A stretch of 61,161 nt of DNA, the filler included, from Platydemus manokwari (Eukaryota): assembly GCA_037951405.1 (NCBI GenBank). It is 5 parts of 5 records of this genome, joined end to end, with 100 filler letters (N's around TTAATTAATTAA, not from the genome) between each part and the next. Parts side by side here need not be neighbours in the genome. Positions count along the whole stretch, not along the records: positions 1 to 10,898 come from JBBMOY011074409.1; positions 10,999 to 27,658 come from JBBMOY011154770.1; 3 more parts are not named here. The stretch is one strand, 5' to 3'. Below are positions 1-12,730 of the stretch, one piece after another. The translations under genes and the position numbers were made by a program. The number at the start of each line of letters is the position of its first letter. The first letter of the stretch is position 1. The notes beneath the pieces are model-generated. The model did no database searches. It had not been told where the DNA came from and saw nothing but the letters and a program-made list of their open reading frames with translations.

Positions 1-665
1 TGAAACAAAATTGACCATTTTTTGTTGAAAATGCTGTTTTTTCTTGAGATTCTTCTTCTAACTCTACTTGGTAGTATACATTACCTAAGTCAATATATGT
101 GAAGTACTTAGAACCATGATATGTAACTAGAATTGGAAACGCTTGTCTTTGTGTTATTAGATTTAGCTGTCTGAAATCAAGGCATAATCTAATATATTTT
201 CTTTTTTTCTTTCAAATACAAACAAGTGGAGTATTTCACGGTGAATTGCACTTTCTTATGATGTTATTTTGCTACAAATTCTGAATTACCTCATCTATCT
301 ATGATTTCTTCTAAATTCAGCGGTTGTCTCCAAGGTTTGATATTTATTAGGTTGCCATTCGTTACGATTTTGTGTTTCACTAATTTTGTACACCCTATAT
401 CCCAATGGTCTGGCATAAATACATTCATGTTATTACTAATAATCTCAAGTATTCGGGAATCTTCTTTTAGTGTCAAATATTCTTTAGTTTTCTTAAATCT
501 GTCTTCATCGATAGTATTTCTTCCGAATTTAGCTGTTATCTCACAAATGGAATTGTATCTATTGTTTTCTTCTACCATTTCTTTATTTGAAAAATTCTTA
601 TTCCAGTAAAGTTTTATTCCAAATATCCTTTGAAATTTGATGCCCTCTATGATTTGTGGTGACAT
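1..665 (-). mobile_element. Degenerate Ty3/Gypsy pol fragment (start of reverse transcriptase), cut by the window edge
   Basis: ORF 291-665 gives DIGCTKLVKHKIVT...IKPWRQPLNLEE. Downstream frameshifted minus-strand translation gives NSPxNTPLVCI, IRLCLDFRQLN and EESQEKTAFSTKNGQFCF, typical Gypsy RT motifs with stops and frameshifts. Confidence 0.85.
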
Positions 666-2179
666 GTCTTCGACAATTATAAATAATACATTGTTTGTTC
701 GTATTCCTACTTTATTACCAACGATTTTTTATTCTGTCTCTGACAGATATCTTATACTGGATAACGTTCTCCTGATCATTATATTAAAGTATGCCCTCAA
801 ACCCCAAGTAGAAGGTTATGTCTCAATTTTATGAGGACGAAATTATAAACTTCTAAAATTTCCTAATTATCATTGAAGGAATGTTAAAAATTGCTAAAAA
901 TATGCTAAAACCTCACAATGACGTCATTTAAACATAATTTAGATATTAAAATATTTTTCTATAATTATTTTTTCTAAAAATCATAATTATTCAATGCCCA
1001 GGTATCTTAATTATTTTAAATATCTAAAAAATAAATCCTGGAATATCAGTAAAACTAAAATTTTAACAAAAATTCAACTTATAAATTTCAAGTAAAGATC
1101 TAAATGAACTTGATTTCCCATAAATGACTCCGGCACAACATAAATAATTCATCCAACAAATCCAGGATAACCAATTAATATATAATTTAAGTGACAAACA
1201 TCTAGTACAGTGAAATAATAAACATTTTAAGTCAATAATAAAGAATTAATCGCAAAACATAAGTGAGAATGATTTATAAATAGAAACAAACAAAGAATTT
1301 TGTCATTCCCAAATCAAAATGAAAATAAGTAGAAAATTTGTTAGTTATGGTATATCGACTACAAATGCGTAGAGCAGCATATTGCATAATATTTTGTATT
1401 ATATAATAAAGGAGTCTGGTAGTTATCTGACAAATAATGAAATATTGTGAACAGTGACTAGTATAAGTCTCTCAACCTCGGTATCGTTATTGCATGGAAT
1501 TTACTAGCTTATATTTTTCGAAATTCGGATTTTGTGTTCAAGTGATGTTATAGTTAAGTCGTGATATTGACTCGATGAGAATTCAGATGATGACGACCCA
1601 GAAACAAATAACTTTATGTCGTTAAAATCGAAAATTAAATCAGAAAGATTTTATATCAAAATAATATACAGACATATCTAAATTTTTTGGAATATGTTTT
1701 AAATTAAATGTCTATTTTCTGTACGAAAAGTTTGACTAAAGATTTCAATTCAGTCTTAAAGGATAATAAAAATTAAAATGAAAAGACAGGATGTAAATTA
1801 AATTAATTCAAGACAAAATATTTTGAAAAATTCTAATTGAATCGTGAAAAATCAGCATTTATATTTATTAAAAACAACAATCTAATGCATTTGATGACTT
1901 ACCGCTTTGGCCATTCAAATCCTCTTGAGTTTGATTGAATGGAGAGTTTGAATTTGCTTTCATTAGTTCAATGCTTAGGATCGCAATTTAAATTTTCGAA
2001 TAATTTTCCTGTGCTTTTAACCATTCAACTTTACTTTCCTCTAGTTTATGAATTATAAATGAAGCACAGTCTATACCCGATATTTATGAAATCTGAAAAA
2101 CCATAAAGCTTGGTTAACAAATGAAAATTAATTTACTGATATTACATTATAATTTAAAGTCACTTTATTATACTTTTAT

Positions 2180-3130
2180 AATTATGAACATTTTAAATTG
2201 AACTAAAATATTTATAGATATAATTTTATATAAGATTTGATTTTATATAAAATTTAATTCTGTATAAAATTTTTTGTATAAAATCAGATTAATTTATTGA
2301 AATAATTGTATATAAATATATTTTTGATGTCGTGACTTTTCAGGTCGTTTTTAATATGTAATTTTTAAAATATTAGTGGCTTACTATAATTATCGCTAAA
2401 GCTACGATAAATATTACTATTACACTGATTTTATATTAGAAAAATTAAGAACGACTAAATAGCGCATTTTCATTGAATCGATCTTTCATTATTAGTCTTG
2501 AGCTTCCATGAATTGTCTTGATAAATAATTTAGATAAAAATATCGATTCATAGAAAAGAAAAAATTTAGTCATTCATTGGTACAACTAATACAATACCAT
2601 TTAATTGAATTCAATTTCTTTTAAAATACATTTTTTTAATTTACTATTTATCTCCTCAATTTGTTACGTAATTCGACATAATTTATAATAAAATATCTTT
2701 GTTGGTATTGGAATGCATATATTTAACTTATCATCGATCATTTCTAATTCATAAAGCTCTACCAAGATCGGATATCTTCAATCTTTATCTCTATATCAAT
2801 CCTTTTGACTCAATCTACATAAAAATTAACCTCTATCTATATCCTCGCCTTTCAATATCCATCGGTGCACCGTACAGTATTACTTAAATAACATTCAATC
2901 CAATGATATTTCAATGGATAACCAATTTATTGTCGAACTTCCTGAAACAACAACAATCTGCACATTTATGTAAGCCGCTACGAACTGAAAGATACGACCT
3001 CAAATTATATTCAGAAACAATTATTTAAACAAATACCAAATTAAATTCAATACAAAATTAAATTTAATATGAAATTAAATTCTATACAAATTTAAATCTT
3101 CGAAAATTAAATTCAATTTAATATTCTCAC
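2180..3130. repeat. Diverged long inverted repeat pair (about 2180-2385 and 2970-3130) with degenerate 16-17 bp AAATTAAATT-type subrepeats
   Basis: Reverse complement of about 2290-2350 (acgacctgaaaagtcacgacatcaaaaatatatttatatacaattatttcaataaat) aligns with 2980-3035 (acgaactgaaagatacgacctcaaattatattcagaaacaattatttaaacaaat). tagtggcttac near 2374 pairs with gtaagccgcta near 2970. Confidence 0.6.
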
Positions 3131-5469
3131 AAACTACTTGAAATTTTGCGAGTAGTATATTTCATAGTTTTTTTTAACTATTTTCATCAATTTAACTTAT
3201 TTATAATCTTTACATTGTGCATTGTTGTATGTCATTTTTATAATTGGTTTTATTATTTATGAAAATAAACTGCAAAGAACGACAAAATGTGCATAGTAGT
3301 AAATAAATAGTTAAAAAAATTTTAAAAATAATACTGGCATATGAAAAAGTGAAGAATTTTTTAGCATTACATTAAAATAATAAACAATTATTAACTAACT
3401 AGTTGAAATAATAAAATTAATAATTGAGCCCTAAAATAAAGCTCACTATATTAGCGATAAAGCATTTGTCGGAAAACAATGAAACAAACGATCAGCTGAC
3501 ATAAAATCGCCTTTCGCCAATTCAGTACCTGTCCGTTTGAACACGCGATCAGTTCGAATATAAAGGATAAAATAGCAGTATTTTAGTGAGAAACACTATT
3601 GAATGGCTATTTATCAATTTGTTATAGATTAAGGGACATTAGTGGGTATATTTCCGAATCGATAACGTCAATTTAGAAATTAATCAATCATTATATATAG
3701 CACAGAAAAGATTACTTAATCTAAAAACAATTTAACATTTAAGGAAGCACTTTCAGCATTTATCGATTTGCAATATAATTTGATAAAAAAAATTATAATT
3801 AAATAATAATAATAATTGTTATTATTCGTTATTTCAATAAGGATTAACGCTCTCTTACTTTTAACAAAAGGGTGTTAAGAACCTTTTTTTAACAATAAGA
3901 TAATATTTATATTCTTGTTTCATATGATTGCTTTCTCAAATAAATTTTATATTGCCACATCTTCTATACCCAACATTACAATTGTTACTTAATTCCTGGA
4001 TCGACGATTATTGTCAGTGATTACGACAAGTATATTGTAGATCATACTGACATAAGGGAAAATCTACCATGCATTTCGAGTCACACATTGTTCATAAGGC
4101 TTTATTTATAGGCTATCCTAGCGATCATACTAAATCAAAAAACATTTCGAGAGGAGTGTTACAAAAATACATTTTAAAAGAGAAAAGAAAAGATTAATAA
4201 GAATAAACAGACAAATACCAACTATATTCACATAATACTTCTTTATTCATCACATGTTTAAGTTTGAAACTTTACTTGTGTTGTTGAACGACGAAAATTG
4301 TCATAATTAAACGTGTCTAGAGATGTTTCAAATTAAATGAAATATCTATATTTTTTTAATGTCAACTCCTTATAGAAAAACAAGCAATTTCTTCAGTTAT
4401 AAAGTTAATCGTTTAGAAGATTGTGAGGAGTAAAAAGCTGTAATCACTAAAAGCTGTAATCGATATATCGAGATTACCAAGATTATTCGAAACACTGAAA
4501 AATCTAGTAATGTTAGCCCTATTAATTCAATGCTTGGTCGCTCAATACAAGGCTCTTTCAACGGAAATCAAGGGATATGTTAAAAGACTGAGAAAGGCCA
4601 TTGATCAAAAATATCACTAACACAAGATTGGATGCAAGCTCTTCAATACAGAAGGGAGTCAGAATCGGAAGAAATATTTTTAAATATGATATAACTGTTG
4701 ACTTACTATATTACGACACAAGACAACCGAAGAGGACCTTATTTGTAATAACATTCCATTCATTCTAGATTTCCTAAATTGATAAACTACTATGTCAATA
4801 CTGATTTCATATCTTAAAAAATCTAATTATCTTAATACCAGTTAATTATTAGTAATAATTTATCAGTAACAATATATTATTGTTTATGTTTATAGTTTTA
4901 TCTTAATACATTTCTCCTACATTATTATTCTTAACTAACTGATTTCATGTAACATTGCTAAAGACTTGCTTTTGGTTTTACATATTAATTTGTTATTCTC
5001 TAATAATTAATTTTTCCTATATCATGATAAAACTTATGCTCTTACTTTAGATTATTAGATCTCTACATTATATTATTATTATTCTTAAAATTATTATATT
5101 TATCTCAATATATATTATTGAGATTTGATTTTCAATTAAAATTCTAACTCGAATTTCGGTTTGTTCTTTATTGGCTCGATATTTTTAAACAGAAATAGCG
5201 CTCATGATTTATTTCTTGGGTAAGTTAATAATATTTAATAATAAAAAACAATATTCAAATAATAATAATATAATTTAAATATTATAATAATCGAAAAAAC
5301 CAGAACTTTATCGATTAGCTCAAATCTACGTACTTTTCCTGTCATCACAATGAAGAATATTGTTCAATACTTACACTTCAACGAAGACCAAATGATAGAG
5401 TTATGCACCGAAGAGTCCAAAAAGAGAAACTATTCTTATCAAATAATCAATGGTCTTTCCAATAATGAA

Positions 5470-5620
5470 TAAGAGACAATTGTAGACAGTCTCAATCTCA
5501 AAATATTGAGAAACCAGTTACTCAACTTCTGACAAATCTTAAAGAATTCTATAGAATTGGGATTCATAGCCGTGTATCTATATAAAAAAACGGAAATTTA
5601 GGATGACGATAAAAATGCTT
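5470..5620 (+). mobile_element. Possible Tc1/mariner transposase trace
   Basis: Translation KEFYRIGIHSRVSIKK resembles the Tc1 HTH-linker motif (ELHxxGxHxRxAxKKP). Very degenerate. Confidence 0.25.
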
Positions 5621-6669
5621 GCAAAATGTGAGCTTCATTATGAAGGAGGTATTATAAAAGGATGTCTTGCTAAACCCAATCTATTAATCAACAGATTTGG
5701 AAATTCCAAAATCAAAAATTGAAAAAAATAGTGGCCAAATAGTCTGTCCAATGGAATGCCATTAATCAAAGCAATCCTTAACATCTCAAATCAAAACCCA
5801 ACAATATAATTATCCAAATTCCAGAAATTCGAGAAATCATAAGACAAAAATATAGCTGTAGACAATTGATCTCAGAATCACTATTTTTTAGAAAAGCCAA
5901 TTGTCATTCAAAAATACTTTTTTTATACGCTGACACCCGCGTTACGATATTTTGCATATATGCAGCTGTACATTATGACACAGTTATACTCGAATAGTAG
6001 AAAGACAATGAAATATGACATAAGTCGAACATTTTAATGCGCTTAAGGACATGACTACAAAACAACACATACGCACGAATCAATTGACCCAATTTGAATT
6101 GGAGAAAAAGAATGTCAAATTCAAATGTAGCACGAAAACACACGCAAGCCAGTATATATGAAGATGCAAAAACGACATATTTCAAGTTGCAAGCGTTAAC
6201 TTCATTATTTTTTGAGTACCCAGTTACAATAGATGTGAAGGGAGATTGTTTGTGTTTATTTTTTTATCTTACCAATTTCAGTCCAAACCAAAATCCACTT
6301 TGATTCTCGTGGCGAAATAAAACTAACAATAAAACATTTATTTTCACTTTAATAATTTCACATGAAAAATATGTTTATTGAAAGTATTTTATTTTATAAA
6401 CGATCATATTGAAAATGTACAAGTTGCGATTCAATAAATCAAGCTTTAGAAACTAACTGAGAAGTCAAGAAACAACGTTGTATTTAAACTATAATTATTT
6501 AAACAAATTAGTATTTTAAAGAATCTGATTTTTAAATCTTCTAAATATAATTTATTTTAAATAATAACAATATTAGTAATAGTTAATAGTAATAATATTC
6601 GAATAGAAAATAATGAGAAAAATAGCAATCAAATTTGCATGAAAAATAATAGTATCAAATGGAGAATGC

Positions 6670-6860
6670 CCATGCAACGTTCGCAAAGCACTGTTATAAA
6701 AAGGACAGCAATTTAGTTAGAAACAAGTCATACCAAAATAAGTCTGAAAAACACTCAAATCTGGATTCAGACCAAATATTGATTCAACGATTATAAAAAA
6801 AAGGATTATTCATTGAAAGCTGACGCAGTGCATTTTCGAGAAGGATATCTACTCGGAAAT
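6670..6860 (+). mobile_element. Possible pogo/Tigger transposase N-terminal (CENP-B-type HTH) remnant
   Basis: Fragments KRTAI*LET and STIIKKKDY (across frameshifts) resemble the Tigger pattern KRKAITLETK...STISTIIKNKD. Confidence 0.3.
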
Positions 6861-8699
6861 AAAGTAATTTCTAAATTTATACATCAAATTGTGCGGAGGA
6901 ATATTAATTGCCACCATCGGGATATTCGTTTAATAAGTATACGTTTATTATTCTATATTTCACAAATGGCCAATTCAAATCAATAACTAAAGATGTTCTC
7001 AATCCCTTAACATATTTTAAAGAAATTCACCTTAGTGACGAAATGTGTAACTTAAACTGGTCTTTCTGTCGTTTATCTGTTATCGCCATTTTCTTTCTTG
7101 CAAAGAAATATTTAAATTACCCATTTGAAGTCTTGATTTTGTCCATGACATTGTTGTGATGGAGTCCTAACTCAACGCGAATCATCACAGATTGAAACCA
7201 ACCAAATAGATCAAACCCACATAACTGAATACACATCGCAAAGTTTAAAATAATATATGTACGTAAACACCGATCAAAATCCTATAAAATATATTCATAA
7301 GCACTGCCGCTGACTATGTGCTGCTGCGGAATACCAGCAATCAAACAATCAAGCCCGAAACCGACGTACCAGTTAATCGTAACAATGATCCACATTAACA
7401 ATGATCTAAATAAATATAACAGAAGATAATATTAAAAAATAAGTAAAATCAAAATTCTAAACCAAAAATAAAAGTGCAAAAATGAATAAGAGACAACACT
7501 ACGGCGAAAGAAATGCATTGAAAATGCAAAATTATGCACAATATATGGAAATTATCACACGAGCAAAAGTCAGTCAAAAAAATCACAGTACAAAAGCATC
7601 GGGCGGATTTTGAAGAGTTCACCCAACAAAACTAAACGTAGTAGCTCGAATTGCAATTGATATAAATCAAGTTCTAAGCAACGAAGCTCTTACCAGACAG
7701 GTTTCGACAAAAGGAAGTGAAATACAATTCACAAATCAGGCATACACCTATCATTCAAGGATGTTATAATAGACGCATAAGGGGCATTATTGATTTTTCA
7801 AACCCGTGCGGAGTCAGCTTCGTATATTTTTTTAATTTATAACTTGGAATTTCACAATTTAACGTATTAATACTATTTAATATTAAGCTCACGATTTCAT
7901 AACTTATTTTTGATATACTCGCCGTAATTAATTTTCTTATACTCGATCAACAGCTCCGTCCGCTTCATGCTTTGTCGGCAACTTGCTTCGGTAAAGCACT
8001 GACCATTGGTACAATTTTTGTTGTTTGTTTCGGCTATTGTTAGTTTCATTACTTTTCAATAAAGAATTCATTTTAATCATTCATTGTCTTATTATTATTG
8101 AGCTTATATCAATCACGTGATAACGATTAACTTTTGAACTTTACTGTAAATCAATTTCAGTCACACAAAAGCTCAGATTTTTCGGCAAGTAGTAAACTCA
8201 CCTTTAGATATTTCAATTCCGATAGCCTCGTCTTCAAACCGGTCATCGGATCCCCATAGAACCAGATAATTGTAAAATAATAAACTATTTAATAGTTGCA
8301 TAGCAACTAACCGTATTTAGTATAATTAAAATTTTCTCTGATTTACATGTTATGAATCGTTGTTTTAGTGGTCAGTCGACACATAATATACATACTGAGA
8401 ACGATAACGTAGTTAATAGCATGCTTTTTAAAATCCAGCCATTACTTTACCAATAGTATCATCATCAACCGTGCGTTTGAATCCTAAAATCAACAACCCC
8501 CACAACTAGTAAAAAATATTTATTAAACAGACAACTGTTTCATCTGTTTAGAAAATGTCTGATCTCACGTTTTCAATAAAGTTACACTTTATAATTTGAA
8601 TCTTAATACGTAATCATCCAATGAAGATTATCCAAGATGGAATTCTCAAATACTAAGAAATAATGATTCAGGTCAACACGAAATGTGAGAAGACAACAT

Positions 8700-10020
8700 C
8701 AAAGCATGAATTTAACTTCAAATTTTTAATGAAACAGAAAAGACTTTCCTCATTGCCACTAGATACTCATTCGATACTCTAAAGGACATCAGATTTACTA
8801 ACTCATGAAAAATTTTTCAATAATAGAGTTTCAAGAAAAAAAAATAGATACCACCCTCTTGCAGAAAATCGAACTGAAATATAATAAAATAAAAAAATCG
8901 CGGAGAATTGCTTAACTTCAAACATTAAAAGAATTTGCGCATAACAGTAGTTATATGAGTTTGCAAATAAAGCTAATATAATGCCTGACGAATCTCGGGA
9001 CAAATCTATTTGTGAATAAAAAATAATTAAATGATCACGAAACCGATGACGATCACAACAATTAACCATTAGGAATGTGAAAAGAAAAGAAAATGAGAAA
9101 CATAGCTGTGATACAGGCACATGTTGGATATTAGTGAAAGTGACTTCTAAAATAATTTCTTTATATTTTCAAAATAAAGAGCAAAAAACTTTTATCTTCA
9201 CAGAAATAACAGGTGACCTTGACATATCACTCAGCCAGAATTTAAAAAAATTCAATTTGTTGCACAAAACTTACGGGTCAAAATTATTGTACAACAATTT
9301 GGAGTACTTAAATTGCTTTCGAGATGCTTAAGATTTGGCAATATTTGCATTAAAATTTCTGGAAGATAATTGCTGAGCTATCAAGTACATTTTATTTCTT
9401 TCTCAATTTCATTCAATCCTTTACAATTTAGGACATGGATTCACATCGGGTACATATATGACTTTATATAAGCAACAATACTAAACGAATGTGATTGAAA
9501 TTATTTCGTAATAAAACGAGAGTCATGATTGTCATTATTTTCATCAAAAATACGATTAGACGACTTAGTTTTATGAGTAGAGATTAAAATTAAAAGTTGT
9601 AAAACTGATAAAAGTAATTTTGTTCGATTGACTGATCTCCATCAAATTACAAATCCAGAGTTATCTTAATGGACTAAAGCGTTTCATAATTTTATGATTG
9701 AAAAAAGAAAATGCGTTGTCCATATTAGATTATGATGTAAGATTGCCTATCACAATGGATTGCGTAATATATAGTTGAAGGAAAATTTGTTAACGAATTG
9801 ATGGTGCGATCATCGAGTAAAGAGCATGATAAAGAATATGCAAATAATAGACAACACGAAATAACTGAATAAGCTTTATTGACAGAACTTTGTATCAAAA
9901 CAACAACCAGAATTCGATTATGTATCTCTCAACACATGGTTCTCAATAAATCAGATAACAATGACACAATAGAAACCAGACAAAACTCATTTGATATTCA
10001 ACATCCAAATGCCAGTTTCT
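8700..10020 (+). mobile_element. Decayed hAT (ZMYM1/Tip100-like) transposase remnant
   Basis: IMPDESRDKS near 8978-9007 resembles the catalytic DESxD motif. TMTQ*K...LIFNI near 9960-10010 resembles the hAT C-terminal dimerization motif. Multiple stops. Confidence 0.4.
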
Positions 10021-10322
10021 AATATTTTTAGACTTGCGTCCAAGAAATGGCATTTGTTTTCATCGATCAAACTAATAATTATGATTATTAATCAAGAGCA
10101 TTTAAAAGATAAACAAGAAAAATAAATAAGAAAATGTCAAATAGTAAAAAATAAGCACTTCAAATTAAATCAACACACGCGTGTGTGCAAGTAAATTCGT
10201 GAATTTAGATGAATAATTTCAACAGACTGGAATGACATAATGATTATAATGTTTAGCACAACATTTCTCATTGTTCGTGCGATGAAAATAATTTAAATTT
10301 GATAAGATCATGTTACAAAATC

Positions 10323-10380
10323 GTTGCTACTAGCGATTGCTAGGCAGCAATCTGCATCTATTATAGAATAGTTATAAATA
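10323..10380 (+). promoter_or_regulatory. Alpha-tubulin proximal promoter: tandem X-box-like (RFX) motifs plus TATA box
   Basis: gttgctactagcga (10323-10336) and attgctaggcagc (10336-10348) resemble GTTGCYAxGGCAAC. tataaata lies at 10373-10380, about 55 nt before the ATG. Confidence 0.45.
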
Positions 10381-10433
10381 CTCATCAATTATTCGCAAGT
10401 ATTATTCTAATCTTTTCAAGTTCATAATCGAAT

Positions 10434-10898
<465 letters not shown>

Positions 10899-10998
10899 NN
10901 NNNNNNNNNNNNNNNNNNNNNNNNNNNNNNNNNNNNNNNNNNTTAATTAATTAANNNNNNNNNNNNNNNNNNNNNNNNNNNNNNNNNNNNNNNNNNNN
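10899..10998. other. Artificial contig-joining spacer N44-TTAATTAATTAA-N44
   Basis: Exactly 100 bp with a six-frame stop linker at 10943-10954. The identical structure recurs four times. Confidence 0.98.
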
Positions 10999-11429
10999 TA
11001 TCGAAAAAATTTTATAATTATTATTCATATCATTCTGCCCACACGCCTACATTTTAATTAATGTGGGTTTTTGGTCTTTAATTATTATTATTATTATTAT
11101 TAGTTTATGGGATTATTATGTATAGTTTAGAGGCTTGCAGCCTGCATGGGTATTATCCCGACATACTGTTTGGTAGCGTAAATAATTTTGTGTGAAAAAT
11201 CAAAGTTAAAAGGGATTCATAATATTTGAAATTGTATAAAAATTTGATATATTTGTAAATTTGTATTTATTTGTATTCATCAAATAAATATTATTGTTGC
11301 AATTATTGTGTTTATTTATTGTATTATTTGATTATAATTATAAGAAGACGCATTTACAGGATGGGCATTGCGCTTCAATCTGTAGTATCGAACTCACATC
11401 TATATATTAAACTCATATATTAAGATCTA

Positions 11430-12730
11430 ATAACCCCAACAATATGATAGAAATAAGAATGAGTTAAGAGAATATTTTCCAACAATGATATTAGAATACA
11501 GACACTAAATTGCACAACCCGAAATAATAGCAAATAAATTTGAAGGAAACTATGCAATTTAAATTGATAATACAAAATATTGAGGGAAAAAAAGTTCAAA
11601 ATGAACAAAAATTTCCATTAAATACGTCAATAAAATTATTAAAGTAATACTGGAATGGCCGAAAGAGTTAAAAGGAGTAAAAGGAAAAATCAAGATACTA
11701 CAAAGAAATAAACGAATGATAGGATGGAAATATTTATGAGAATATTGCAGTGAAAATAACAGTGAACCCATAGTAATAAAAAATCTGCAGGTCATGAGTA
11801 TGACAAAATCTAAAGAACAATTTATAAAAACGATTAATTCACTAGCAATCATGAAGAATGAAGTACTAAATATATCAGATATCGACATATAAAACAATAT
11901 GGAATCAGTATATGTCCAAATGGAGATCTTTTTCAAAAAGGAAAGAATGACGAAAGAGAAGAGTGATAGATGATAAAATGGAAATAGAGGTGCAAATGAT
12001 AGGCTAAAATGGACGAGAAAATAAAGAATATTTAATAATAAATGAGAATTCTATAGCAGAATTATTACGAATTGAAATAAATAGAATATGATCATTCCGA
12101 AGAAAAGGAATAAAGATAGGGAAAGTAACTAGTAATGGAGTAACATGGGATATGTTAGGAGTGTCTTTAGAAATAGTGACTCAATGAGTATCTTTATACG
12201 ATGAACTATTAAAATACTATCTAATAAACAACAATGAGAATTTGGAACTAGAAGGAAGTATGATGAGAACTGCTTTAAAGACTGGACAATATTATCAATA
12301 AAATGTTACCAAACGAATGTCTTTATTTCTGATAGATGAGAATACTCCAGTGCAATGATTTAGAGAGTGAGCAAGCTTACAATATAGAAGAAACCCCAGA
12401 TGAATACATAGTACAATGGGAAAGTAGGCCAAAAGATAAGTCCTGAAATATCTAAAATTTAAAAAAGAAAAAGACGAAGTATGAATGACATTGAACAACG
12501 AATACCAATTTAAAGATTACAGATTGAGCAAATTAAAACAGAATGAAATAACCATAGAGTTGATTAGCAATGAAAAATGGAAATTAAAAGAAATCAAAAT
12601 ACAAATAACATAGTCATGGACAGGGCAACATATAAATGAATGAGAACAAAATAATTAATAAAGGAGATAGCAATGGAATTTGTTGACGAAACGGAGTGGA
12701 ACTCATTAATTATGGCACTCTACTATAAGA
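11430..12730 (+). mobile_element. Highly decayed LTR-retrotransposon-like (Gypsy) coding remnant
   Basis: Purine-rich, stop-riddled pseudo-coding tract ending in MEFVDETEWNS (compare the RT N-terminal SxWNSP motif). No intact domain. Confidence 0.3.

Noticed and set aside
10943-10954. Palindromic TTAATTAATTAA repeated four times in the window
   Set aside because: Always centred in N runs of fixed length; an assembly linker, not a biological repeat or CRISPR-like array.
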